Source: an uncultured delta proteobacterium
GTDB taxonomy: Bacteria > Myxococcota_A > UBA9160 > UBA4427
DNA length: 64,000 nucleotides
Assembly (NCBI GenBank): GCA_963822965.1
Contig: CAWGJT010000009.1
Span: 32,001-96,000 of the forward strand
Reading direction: 5' to 3'
Part shown: one piece after another, positions 20,775 to 30,632 of the stretch
How the letters are laid out: the number at the start of each line of letters is the position of its first letter
How positions within the stretch are numbered: position 1 is the stretch's first letter
The notes under the pieces: generated by a model
Seen by the model: only the letters and a program-made list of their open reading frames with translations
What the model was told of the DNA's origin: nothing
Database searches by the model: none
Position numbers and translations under genes: made by a program

Positions 20775-23192
20775 ATGCACCGCTCCCCCCTGCAGCTTCC
20801 CCGCCCCGCGACACGAACCGCGGGACTGCCCCTGGCGTTGACCCTGATCGCCGCCCTGGTGCTCGTCACCGCGTGCCAGTACGACCGCGAGTCGCGGCTC
20901 GCCGAGATCCGAACGCTCCAGGCGGCCGGAAAGTTCGACGAGTCCATCGCTCCGCTGCGCGTCCTGCTCACCGCCGAAGCCGACCATCCCGAGGCCAACT
21001 ACCGGCTGGGCGTGGCGCTGGTGCAGACCGGCCGGCCGAGTCTGGCGATCTGGCCGCTGCAGAAGGCGGCGCAGTCCGAGGAATTCAAGATCCAGGCGGG
21101 TCTCTTGTTGGCGACGACCCTGCTCGCCACCGAATCCTACGAAGAGGCCATCCGCGCCACCGATACGGTGCTCGCGGTCGAGCCGGACCGGGTGTCCGCC
21201 CTCTACACGCGCGCGCGCGCCAACATCGCCTCGGGCAAGCCGGCCGAAGCGCTCGTCGACGCCGAACACGTGCTCGAGCTGCAGCCCGACGACTTCATGG
21301 GCACCACCCTCAAGGTGGCGGCGCTGATCGACCTCGAGCGATTCGACGAGGCCGAGGCCACGCACATCAAGCTCAAGGAAGCGAGCGAGAAGGCGGGAGA
21401 CGAAGACGCCGCAGCGCGCGCATGCACGGTGCTCGCCCGCTTCTACGCCAGCCGGGAAGACCTCGACAAGGCCAACACCACCCTGCGCGAGTGCATGGAG
21501 AAGTATCCGTCCAACAGCTTCGTGCAGCAGTACGCCTCGGACTTCTTCATCGAGACCGACCAGCAGGACGAAGCGATCGCGGTCTGGCGCAAGGCGGTCG
21601 AGCTGGCCCCCGAGGAGATCCTGCTGCGCAGCAAGCTCGCGAGCCTGCTCCACGACGCCGGCCGCACCGACGAGGCCGAGGCCGTCTACAAGGAGACGGT
21701 CGAGCTCTTCGACAACGCCCAGGCCTGGCAGCTGCTGGGCGGCTTCTACCGCAAGCTCGGACGCATCACCGAGTCCCGCGAGGCGATCGAGAAGGCCCTC
21801 GAGCGCGCGCCCAAGGAGCCGCCGGCCCTTCGCTTCGCGCTGGCCGACGTCCTGATCGCCGAGGGCAACTACGACCGCGCCGAGGCGATCGCCGAGAGCA
21901 TGCAGGAGCCGAGCTACCGGGCCCTGGTGCGCGGCAGCGTGAAGCTCGCGAAGGGCGACCCGGAAGGCGCCCTGAAGCTGCTGGAGTCGGGCATCCGGCT
22001 GTGGCCGAACAACGCCGGGGCGCGCTACGTGGCCGGACAGGCGGCTCTCCAGCTCGGCGATCTCGACCGGGCGCTCGCCGAATACCGCGAAGCGACTCGC
22101 GTGGACGAGGGCGCCACCGACGCCGCGCTCGCCATGGCGCGGATCTACTACTCGCTCCACAAGTATCCCGCCGCCGAGCAGTTCGCCGAACGGCAGATCA
22201 AGACGCGACCGTTCGAGAACGGAGACGCGCACGTGATCGCGATTCGCGCCGCCGCCGAGCAGGGCCTGTGGGACAAGGCCGAGAATCTGCTCCAGAACCT
22301 CAACGCGCATCCCGGCATGCGGAACCTCGTGATCGTCGAGCTCGCCGGCGTGATGCGCAAGCGTGAAGGCTACGAGGCCGCCGTCCAGGCCGTCGAGAAG
22401 AGCGGTCTCGACCTCACCGACGAGGCCAACGCGATGGCGCTCACGTCGCTGTCCCTCGACCTGATCGCGCTCGGACGCCAGGAGGAGGCGCTCGGCCGGG
22501 TCGACGCGGCGCTCGCCAAGGCCCCCGCCAACCCCAAGCTGCTGGACATCCGCGCGCGCCTGCTGGCACGCATGGCCCGGGACGACGAGGCGAAGACCGC
22601 CGTCGCCAAGGCGCTCGAGGCCGATCCGAACTTCGCACCGGCCCTCGAGGTGAAGGCCATGTACGCCGACCAGGCCGGCAAGCTCGAGGAGTCTCTCGCG
22701 CTGTACGACCGCGCCGCGGCGGCGGACCCCGAGAACGCGGACTACGCCTACCGGGCGGCGCGCATCTCGCTGCGGCTGGGCCGCACCGAGGACGCGATCG
22801 CGCGGCTTCGCAAGGTCGTGAGCCTCTCTCCCGGCCACGTCGCCGCCACCAACGATCTCGCCTGGTGGCTCGCGGAGTCGGGCCGCGAGCTCGATTTGGC
22901 CCTCGACCTGGCCAAGCGGGCCATCCAGCTCGATCGACGCGCCGAGACCCTCGACACCCTCGGCTGGGTGCAGTTCAAGCGGGGCGACGTGGACGCCGCG
23001 ATCACCTCCTTCGAGGCGGCTCTCCAGGCGCAGCCGGACTCGCCTTCGGTGCGCTACCGCCTGGCGCTGGCGCAGCACCAGAAGGGCGATGCCAAGGCCG
23101 CTCGAGAGAACCTGTCGCGCGCGCTGGAGATCGACTCCTTCCCCGAGATGCAGGCCGCACGAGCCGAGCTCGCTCGCCTCGAGAACGACTGA
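20775..23192 (+). CDS. Long TPR lipoprotein, PrsT-like (PEP-CTERM system associated)
   Basis: Lipobox LVTAC; TPR repeats throughout; C-terminal NDLAW...DTLGWV...YRLALA pattern. Confidence 0.8.
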   Translation: MHRSPLQLPRPATRTAGLPLALTLIAALVLVTACQYDRESRLAEIRTLQAAGKFDESIAPLRVLLTAEADHPEANYRLGVALVQTGRPSLAIWPLQKAAQSEEFKIQAGLLLATTLLATESYEEAIRATDTVLAVEPDRVSALYTRARANIASGKPAEALVDAEHVLELQPDDFMGTTLKVAALIDLERFDEAEATHIKLKEASEKAGDEDAAARACTVLARFYASREDLDKANTTLRECMEKYPSNSFVQQYASDFFIETDQQDEAIAVWRKAVELAPEEILLRSKLASLLHDAGRTDEAEAVYKETVELFDNAQAWQLLGGFYRKLGRITESREAIEKALERAPKEPPALRFALADVLIAEGNYDRAEAIAESMQEPSYRALVRGSVKLAKGDPEGALKLLESGIRLWPNNAGARYVAGQAALQLGDLDRALAEYREATRVDEGATDAALAMARIYYSLHKYPAAEQFAERQIKTRPFENGDAHVIAIRAAAEQGLWDKAENLLQNLNAHPGMRNLVIVELAGVMRKREGYEAAVQAVEKSGLDLTDEANAMALTSLSLDLIALGRQEEALGRVDAALAKAPANPKLLDIRARLLARMARDDEAKTAVAKALEADPNFAPALEVKAMYADQAGKLEESLALYDRAAAADPENADYAYRAARISLRLGRTEDAIARLRKVVSLSPGHVAATNDLAWWLAESGRELDLALDLAKRAIQLDRRAETLDTLGWVQFKRGDVDAAITSFEAALQAQPDSPSVRYRLALAQHQKGDAKAARENLSRALEIDSFPEMQAARAELARLEND

Positions 23193-23202
23193 GCGCAGGC
23201 AC

Positions 23203-25686
23203 ATGGGGATCGGATCGAAGAGACCGTTGGCGCGGTCGCGCGCCGACGGTTTCCTGACCGCCGGCGCGCTCCTGCTGACGGTCGTCCTCGCGTGCTCGTC
23301 TCCCGAGGAACGCGCGCGCTCGCACCTCGAGCAGGCACGGCACTATCTGGCCGAGAACCGCCGCAAAGAAGCCACCCTCGAGCTGCAGAGCGCGCTGCAA
23401 TTCGATCCCTCGAGCGTCGAGGCCAACAACCGGCTGGCGGAGATCGAGCTGGCGAACGGCAATCTCAGCGCCGCCCTCAGCTACATGCAGGAGGCGTTCC
23501 GCCTCGATCCGACCGACAGCACGGCCTGCCTCCACCTCGCCAGCCTGCTCCGGACCGACCAGCCGGATCGCGCCCGGGAGCTCATCGAGGCGGTGATCGA
23601 GCGCGAGCCGGAGAACCCCGACGGCTACATCGGACGTTCGGACCTGGCGCTCGCCGAGGGACGCACGCGGGACGCCATCGCAGCCGCCCGCCAGGCGGCG
23701 GAGGTCGCGCCCGACGACCCGCACGTGGACTGGCAGCAGGGCTACATCCTGGAGGCGATGATCCGAGAGGGCCAGCTCACCGGTGAGACGGCGGAGGACT
23801 CGATCTACAAGGGCGCCCTGGCCGCCTTCGAGCGGTACATCGAGAAGGGCGGCGAGAGCCCGTGGACCGCGCAGCTCGAGGAGGCACGGGTACTCGGCGC
23901 CTGGGAGGGGCGCGGGCGCGAAGCCGCGCGGCTCTTCCGGATCTCCGTGCAGAGCGCCCTGGAAGCCGACGCCGCCACGGACGCCCTGCGCGGCGCGACG
24001 ACGGCCGCGGGCTACGCCCGCGCCGTCGGAGACGACGAGCTGCTCGAATGGGCCCTGGGCGTGCTCGTCGAGCAGGAGCCGCGCGACCTGCGCAACTGGC
24101 AGACCCTCGCCGAGCTACGACGGCGCCAGCGCAAGAACCCGGAAGAAGTGTGGCAGCGCATGATCGAGACCCTGCCCCAGGAGCCACGCGCCCACATCGA
24201 GTACGCGCGCTTCCTGATCTCGCGCTGGAAGCTCGACGAGGCCCTCGCCTATCTCGAGAAGAAGGCCTCCGAGGGAGTGGACCCGCCCATGCTGCTGGGT
24301 GCGATTGCCAGCACGCAGATGGCGGCCGGGCGCCTGGACGACGCGCGGAAGACCGTGGCCCGCCTGGAGCGGGAGCACCCGGGCAGCCCGCGCACCATCC
24401 TCGAGCGTGCCCAGCTCGACATCCGGACCGGCCAGGTCCGGCCGGCGCTCCGCTCGCTGCGCAAGCTGGCCGAGAAGGGCTCCGACGCCGACGTCTTCCG
24501 CATGCTGGCCCGCGCGGAGGAGATCGTCGGCAACCGGGACCGGGCCCTCGCGGCCGTCAACCACGCGATCGAGGCGAGCCCGTTCTTCTCCTACGAGGAC
24601 CAGCGCATGCGGTCTCGCATGCTGGCGGAGAGCGGCAAGTACGCCGCCGCCATCACGAACCTGCTGGCCATCCGCGACCGCATGCCGCTCTCCGCGGAGG
24701 ACAACCTCCTGCTGGCCCGCTGCCGCTACGAGAACGGCCAGAACCTGCACGGGCGCAAGCTGCTCGAAGGGATCCTGGCGACGCGCCGTCCCCCGGCCGA
24801 CGCGGTGCTCGAGTACGCGCGCCGGGAGTCGGACGATCCCCAGCATGTGGATCTCGCGCGCCGGGAGCTGGAAGCGCTGATACGCCGCAAGCCGGACCAG
24901 TGGGAGGCGCTGGGCGAGCTCGTCCGCATCGATCGTGCCTCCGGCCACGACGAGCAAGCGCTGGACCGGCTGGACCGGATCATCGAGCGGCAGGGTGATC
25001 GGGTCCCCCCGCAGATCCTCCTGCTGCGCGCACAGGTGAGCGCGGGCGCCGGTCGACAGGACGGGGCGCTCGCGGACGCGGAGGCGGCCTTCCGCGCACA
25101 GCCCCGGCTGCGGGGTGCCCTGGAGATGGTGGTCGCCCTGCAGCTGCGCAAGGGCGACGTGGACGGCGCCATCGCCGCGGCCGAGGAGGCGAAGCGGAAG
25201 GGCGCTCTCGACCCCGATCGACGCGCGCTGCTGGGCCGCCTGTACTCGATGAAGGGAAGGGACGACGAGGCGCTCACGATCCTCGAGCAGGCGCTCGAGG
25301 GAGGGGCCTCCGACCCGATCCTCAAGAGCGACGTGGCCTTCCTGCTGGCGAAGAAGGGCCGCGACCTGGAGCGCGCCCTGACCATCGCCCAGGAGGCCGA
25401 GAGCGAGCTCACGGACGATCCCCGCGCCGCGGACACCCTTGGCTACGTGTACCTGCGTTCCGGGCAGAGTAATCGCGCGCTGTCGCACTTCGAGCAGGCC
25501 GTGGCGCGCTCCGACGCCCCACATCCCGTCTACTACTACCATCTGGGGCTCGCCCTGCAGTCGCTCGACCGCAGCGAGGAGGCCGCTCGGGCCTTCGAGA
25601 AGGCGCTCTCCATCAGTCCGGACTTCCCGGAGGCGAACGAGGCGAGACGCGCGCTCGAGGGAACTCGCAACGCCCGTGCCTCCTGA
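23203..25686 (+). CDS. Second long TPR lipoprotein, PrsT-like
   Basis: Lipobox VVLAC followed by SSPEERARSHL; TPR repeats; C-terminal DTLGYV...YHLGLA. Confidence 0.8.
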   Translation: MGIGSKRPLARSRADGFLTAGALLLTVVLACSSPEERARSHLEQARHYLAENRRKEATLELQSALQFDPSSVEANNRLAEIELANGNLSAALSYMQEAFRLDPTDSTACLHLASLLRTDQPDRARELIEAVIEREPENPDGYIGRSDLALAEGRTRDAIAAARQAAEVAPDDPHVDWQQGYILEAMIREGQLTGETAEDSIYKGALAAFERYIEKGGESPWTAQLEEARVLGAWEGRGREAARLFRISVQSALEADAATDALRGATTAAGYARAVGDDELLEWALGVLVEQEPRDLRNWQTLAELRRRQRKNPEEVWQRMIETLPQEPRAHIEYARFLISRWKLDEALAYLEKKASEGVDPPMLLGAIASTQMAAGRLDDARKTVARLEREHPGSPRTILERAQLDIRTGQVRPALRSLRKLAEKGSDADVFRMLARAEEIVGNRDRALAAVNHAIEASPFFSYEDQRMRSRMLAESGKYAAAITNLLAIRDRMPLSAEDNLLLARCRYENGQNLHGRKLLEGILATRRPPADAVLEYARRESDDPQHVDLARRELEALIRRKPDQWEALGELVRIDRASGHDEQALDRLDRIIERQGDRVPPQILLLRAQVSAGAGRQDGALADAEAAFRAQPRLRGALEMVVALQLRKGDVDGAIAAAEEAKRKGALDPDRRALLGRLYSMKGRDDEALTILEQALEGGASDPILKSDVAFLLAKKGRDLERALTIAQEAESELTDDPRAADTLGYVYLRSGQSNRALSHFEQAVARSDAPHPVYYYHLGLALQSLDRSEEAARAFEKALSISPDFPEANEARRALEGTRNARAS

Positions 25687-28600
25687 TGCACCGCCCACCA
25701 CGGCCGCGGCGTCTCCGCCCGCACGCGGCTCCCACTTCGGGCTGCTGCTGCTCTGCTTCTTCCTGTCGGGCCTCGCGGCTCTGATCTACCAGACGGCCTG
25801 GACGCGCAACTTCGCGTTCGTGTTCGGAACCTCGGAGCTCGCGGTGGCCAGCGTGCTGGCCGCCTACATGGGCGGGCTCGCCCTCGGTGCCGCGGTGGTG
25901 TCGCGGGTAGCGCCCTCGATCCGGCGGCCGGTGCTGGCGTACGGTCTGCTCGAGCTGGCGATCGGGCTGACCGCCCTGGCGGTCCCCTTTGCGGTGACGG
26001 GAGCGACGCGGCTCTACGTCGCGATCTTCGGCGCCCAGGGTGCGCCGGGCGACGAGGGCGGCCTGCTCACGGCGCTCTTCTATCTCGCCTGCTCGTTCGC
26101 GATCCTGCTGGTGCCCACCTCGCTGATGGGCGCCACCCTGCCGCTGTTGGCGCGACACGCGGTCCGGCGCGAGGAGGAGATCGGGCGCCGCATCGGCCAC
26201 CTCTACGCGACGAACACCGCGGGTGCGGTGACCGGTACGGTGCTGACGGGCTTCGTCCTGCTGCCGCACCTCGGGCTCCGCACCACCGTCTGGATCGCCG
26301 TCGCCGCCAACGCCGTGGTCTTCGCCGCGGCCGCAGCCCTGGCACGACGCGCCCCGGCCCTCGAGACCCGGCCCGTCGCGTCCACCGAGGTCGACCCGCG
26401 CGACCCGAACCGCTGGATCCTGCCCCTGATCGCCGTCTCCGGCGCCGTCTCCTTCACCTACGAGGTGCTCTGGACGCGCCTGCTGGGGCACGTGCTCGGC
26501 GGCAGCGTGTACGCGTTCGCGACGATGCTGGCGACCTTCCTCGCCGGCATCGCCATCGGGTCCTGGGCGGCCTCGGGTCGGCTGGTCGCCGATCGACCGA
26601 AGGCGGCCCGAAGCTTCGCCTGGGCACAGGTGGGCGCGGGAGCGCTCTCGCTGCTCGCCTACCTCGCGATCGACTCCACACCGGCGTGGATCCAGCAGGT
26701 CGGCGCCCGGGGCGACCTGCGGCTCCTCGTCGACGCGGCCGTGGCCTCGGCGATCCTGCTTCCGGGAACCCTCTGCATCGGTGCCACCTTCCCCCTGGCG
26801 GTGCGCGTGCTCGCGCGCGGCCGCGCCGAGGCCGGCCCCGCCAGCGCGAGGGTCTACGCCTGGAATACGGTCGGCGCCATCTGCGGCGCGGTCGGGGCGG
26901 GCTTCTTCCTGATTCCCGGCCTCGGCTTCGAGGGGGCCCTCTCCCTGGCGGTCGCCACGAACGCCGGCCTGGCCCTCGCCGCCGCCGGGTTCGCCCGACC
27001 GCGCCCACGGCTGGCGCTCGCGGGAGCCCTCGTCGTCGTGCTGCTGCTCGCGGCCGTGCGTCCCGGCCCCCCGTGGCAGCTCGTGCGGATGGGCGCCCTC
27101 AACGCACGGGTCAAGGAGTCCAAGGTCGTCTACTACGGCGTCGGGCGCGGGGCCACGGTGATGCTCCAGGAGGCGCCGGACGGCTGGACGGTGAGCTCCA
27201 ACGGCCTGGCCGAGGCGGTCATCAACCGGCCGGGCGTGCGGGTCGGTCGCTACGTGATGGTGCGCTGGATGAGCAACCTGCCGGCCTGGGGCCGTCCCAA
27301 GGCGCGCTCGCTGCTGGTGGTGGGCTTCGGCGGCGGACTCGTCGTGGAAGCGGTTCCGCCGTGCTTCGAGCGCGTAGACGTGGTGGAGATCGAGCCGGAG
27401 ATGATCCGCGCCAACGCGGCGATCGCGGCCGAACGCCGGGAGGACCCCCTCTCCGACCCGCGCCTCCGGATCATCATCAACGATGCCCGCAGCGCGCTGC
27501 TCCTGACCCACGAGCGCTACGACGCGATCGTCTCCCAGCCGTCCCACCCCTGGACGGCGGCCGCCTCCCACCTCTACACCCGTGAGTTCTTCCAGATCGT
27601 GCACGACCATCTCTCCGACGACGGCGTCTTCGTGCAGTGGATGGGACTGGGCTTCATCGACGAGCCGTTGCTGCGGACGCTGATCGCCACCCTGGAGGAT
27701 GTCTTTCCGCACGTGCGCGTCTACCGGCCGTCGCCGGGCGGGCTCCTCTTCGCGGCATCGACCCAGCCCTTCGAGCCCGAGCGAACGGCCGAGGCGACCA
27801 TCGCCAGCGCCCCGCGGCTCGCCGACGAGCTCGGCGTCCACGGCGGAGCCGACATCGCCGCCCACCTGGTGCTCGACGAGGCCGGGGCGCGGGCGTTCTC
27901 CCGGGGCGCCCCCGTCAGCACCGACGACCGCAACCTGCTGCAGATGCGGTCTCCGCAGATCGTGCGCGAGGCGGGCCGCTTCGACCCCGACGAGGCGCTG
28001 GCGCCCTACGACCCCCTGCTCGCCCCCGAGCTTCCCTTCGATCGAGCCTACCTGGTGCGGCGGCTCCTCTTCACGGGGATGACCGAACGCGCCGAGCGGG
28101 TGGCGGGCGCCGCCACGGACCCCGTGGAGCGCGACGTGACCCAGGCCTTCCTCGCCGTGTTCCGCGGCGATCCCACCGCGGCCATCGGCCTGCTGCAGCG
28201 TGTCCTGGCGGTCGACCCGACGAACGGAGAGGCACGTCTCGCGCTGCTGCGCATCGCCCGGGCTTCGGGACAGGACGGTGCCGCATTGCTCGCGCGCATC
28301 GGCTCCCCGCCCGACGACCGGGAGGCGATGCTGCTGCAGGCCTGGCGGGACGAGCAGGCGGGACGCTTCGAGGCCGTGCGCGCGGTGGAGCCGCAGCTCG
28401 CGTCGATCGGCGCCCTGGACCCCGCGTTCCTGCCGGCGACCCGGCTCCGGGCCGCCTGGCGGCTCGCCCTGGGCTCGAGGGAGCGGGCCGAAGAAGCGCT
28501 CCACCTGCTGGACACGGCGCTGCCCCTGGGCGGCGATCTCGAAGACCTCGTCCAGCGAGCGCGCGCGGCGGGCCAGGCGGGCTACCCGGCGGGCGTGACC

Positions 28601-28765
28601 GCGTCGCTCTTCGAGGTGGTCCGCAAGACGGACGACCGCCCCGCCCACACCGCCGTCGTGCGGGAGGCGATACGCGTGCTCGACGGCCTGCCCGCGGACG
28701 CCATGCCGATCGCGCAACGGCGCGCCTTCGATGCCCGGCTGCGCGCGAAGCTCCGGCGGCGCTGA
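25676..28765 (+). CDS. Fused multi-TM / spermidine-synthase-like (SAM-binding) / TPR protein
   Basis: LSG.AALIYQ.AW.R, LYATNTAGA..G and its duplicate VYAWNTVGA; VGFGGG, VEIEPE, NDAR, YDAIVSQPSHPW, LYTREF, STDDRN; GTG start overlaps the upstream stop. Confidence 0.85.
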   Translation: MPPDAPPTTAAASPPARGSHFGLLLLCFFLSGLAALIYQTAWTRNFAFVFGTSELAVASVLAAYMGGLALGAAVVSRVAPSIRRPVLAYGLLELAIGLTALAVPFAVTGATRLYVAIFGAQGAPGDEGGLLTALFYLACSFAILLVPTSLMGATLPLLARHAVRREEEIGRRIGHLYATNTAGAVTGTVLTGFVLLPHLGLRTTVWIAVAANAVVFAAAAALARRAPALETRPVASTEVDPRDPNRWILPLIAVSGAVSFTYEVLWTRLLGHVLGGSVYAFATMLATFLAGIAIGSWAASGRLVADRPKAARSFAWAQVGAGALSLLAYLAIDSTPAWIQQVGARGDLRLLVDAAVASAILLPGTLCIGATFPLAVRVLARGRAEAGPASARVYAWNTVGAICGAVGAGFFLIPGLGFEGALSLAVATNAGLALAAAGFARPRPRLALAGALVVVLLLAAVRPGPPWQLVRMGALNARVKESKVVYYGVGRGATVMLQEAPDGWTVSSNGLAEAVINRPGVRVGRYVMVRWMSNLPAWGRPKARSLLVVGFGGGLVVEAVPPCFERVDVVEIEPEMIRANAAIAAERREDPLSDPRLRIIINDARSALLLTHERYDAIVSQPSHPWTAAASHLYTREFFQIVHDHLSDDGVFVQWMGLGFIDEPLLRTLIATLEDVFPHVRVYRPSPGGLLFAASTQPFEPERTAEATIASAPRLADELGVHGGADIAAHLVLDEAGARAFSRGAPVSTDDRNLLQMRSPQIVREAGRFDPDEALAPYDPLLAPELPFDRAYLVRRLLFTGMTERAERVAGAATDPVERDVTQAFLAVFRGDPTAAIGLLQRVLAVDPTNGEARLALLRIARASGQDGAALLARIGSPPDDREAMLLQAWRDEQAGRFEAVRAVEPQLASIGALDPAFLPATRLRAAWRLALGSRERAEEALHLLDTALPLGGDLEDLVQRARAAGQAGYPAGVTASLFEVVRKTDDRPAHTAVVREAIRVLDGLPADAMPIAQRRAFDARLRAKLRRR

Positions 28766-28774
28766 CCCGCCTCG

Positions 28775-30502
28775 CTACTCCGCACGGCCGCCGGTCGAGC
28801 CGCCGGCACCGCGTGCCTCGCGCAGCCGCTGGAAGCGGAGGGCCCGCTCCACCTCGGCCAGATCGCCCTGCAGGCTCTCGGTAATGGGACCGCCGCGATC
28901 GATGGCCCGCCGGATGGTGTCGCGCGCCGCGGCGAGATCGCCCAGCACGATCTGCGCCTGGGCGATGAGGCGCAGCTCGTGCTGGGAGGGCGCTTCGTTG
29001 CGCGAGAGCCGCTCGATCCACTCGCGGGCCCACTTCCGCTTCAGGGACTCGAAGGCCGGCGCTCCCTGGATGGGCGCGTAGCCGTCCATCAGCAGGTGGT
29101 CGAGCCGGTTGTAGCCCCGGGCGTGGGCGGCCTCCAGCAAGGCCACCGCCGTCGCGGCGTCGCCCGCCCGGGCGGCCGCGGTGGCGCGCTGGGTCTTCGC
29201 CGCGACGCCGTCCGGATAGTGGAGCGTGGCGTCCGCCATCACCCGCTCCGGGGACTGCCAGACCCGTGCGCGGTCGAAGCTGCGCGCCGCGAAGAGCAGC
29301 ACGAGGAGGACGGCCGCGATCTGCACACCCCGCCCCAGGCGGTCCGCGGCCACCCCCGTCCGCCGCGCGAGCCCGGGCAACGCGCTCTCGCCCGCCAGCA
29401 CGACGCCGCCGATGAGTCCGGGCAGGATGAAGTAGAGGTAGCGATCCGCCAGCGGGAACGGCAGCGGGATCACGCCGCAGATGGGCGCGAAGGAGACGAG
29501 CGCGAAGGTCCACCACGCCGCCTCCTCGCGGCGCGCGCGCAGCGTCCGCAGCACGCGCCAGCCGAGCGCCGCCAGCACAGGCAGCGAGGCGAGCCACCAG
29601 GGATCGAGGAGGCCGACGCGATCCGGCTCGTGGAACGCCGAGAGCCCGTACGAAGTCGCGGCCATCACCAGATAGCGGAGCGCCACGGCGAAGATGCCCC
29701 GCACCCGGTCGCCCGCATCCGCGTAGAGGGCGGGGGCCTGTCCCGCCGTCTGGCCGAAGGCGGTGAACTCGGCGACCGCGAAGACGACGAGGATGCCCGC
29801 CTGGACCGCGAGCCAGCCCCACCTCCAATCCACCGGCTTCGCCGCCTTCGTGCGCGTGTCCGGATCGGGAGCCGTGCGCGCCCAGCCGAGCACCGCGGCG
29901 ACGAAGAGGGCGACCGCGGCGGTGGGCTTCGCGAGCAGCGAGAGGGCGAAGAGCAACGCCGCCCACCTCGGGCGCCGGGGATGCAGGAGCAACGCGCCCA
30001 GGCAGAGCACCATCGCCGACGAGGTCTTGAGCTGGCTGATCCAGGCCACCGCCTCCACGTTGGCGGGGTGCACGAGGAAGAAGGCCCCGCCGATCGCCGA
30101 GGCCCGCGCCGAGACGCCGCTCCGGCCCAGCAGCAGCACCAGCAGCAGCGAGGCGAGCGCGTGCAGCAGGACGTTGACGACGTGGTAGCCGAGGACGTTC
30201 TCGCCGAAGAGCTGCCACTCCAAGGCGTGCAGCAGGATGTGAACCGGCGCGTAGTTCTCCACGATCACGGCGAGCACGCTGGTCGGGTCGAGGATGGCGA
30301 CCACGTTGTCCACGGTGAGCTCGTGGACGAAGACGTTGCGCTCGACGTAGTGCTCGTCGTCCGAGACGAAGCTTCCCCGCAGCGCCGGCGCGTAGACCAC
30401 GAGCGCCGTCACGACGAAGGCGGCCAGCAGCAGAGCGGCTCCCGGTCGGGCGGCCGCCGGCGCCGGACCGGAGCGGTTGCGCTTGGACGTCGAGCGGGCC
30501 AG
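28775..30502 (-). CDS. TMTC-like GT-C membrane protein with TPR-like tail (putative protein O-glycosyltransferase)
   Basis: FVSDD, NYAP, GYHVVNVLLH, HPANVEAVAWIS, LAKPTA, LADRYLY. Start placed at CTG after AGGAGG; the frame is open up to 30733. Confidence 0.7.
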   Translation of the reverse strand: MARSTSKRNRSGPAPAAARPGAALLLAAFVVTALVVYAPALRGSFVSDDEHYVERNVFVHELTVDNVVAILDPTSVLAVIVENYAPVHILLHALEWQLFGENVLGYHVVNVLLHALASLLLVLLLGRSGVSARASAIGGAFFLVHPANVEAVAWISQLKTSSAMVLCLGALLLHPRRPRWAALLFALSLLAKPTAAVALFVAAVLGWARTAPDPDTRTKAAKPVDWRWGWLAVQAGILVVFAVAEFTAFGQTAGQAPALYADAGDRVRGIFAVALRYLVMAATSYGLSAFHEPDRVGLLDPWWLASLPVLAALGWRVLRTLRARREEAAWWTFALVSFAPICGVIPLPFPLADRYLYFILPGLIGGVVLAGESALPGLARRTGVAADRLGRGVQIAAVLLVLLFAARSFDRARVWQSPERVMADATLHYPDGVAAKTQRATAAARAGDAATAVALLEAAHARGYNRLDHLLMDGYAPIQGAPAFESLKRKWAREWIERLSRNEAPSQHELRLIAQAQIVLGDLAAARDTIRRAIDRGGPITESLQGDLAEVERALRFQRLREARGAGGSTGGRAE

Positions 30503-30632
30503 AGGACCTCCTGAATCACGCCCGGTGCCGTCCGGGGCGCACAGGATACAGAAGTCGACCCGACCGAAGACCGTTGTACCCTGGGCGTCCCGAACCGGCC
30601 CGGCTCCAGGAAATCGCCCCGAGGAAGCTTCG

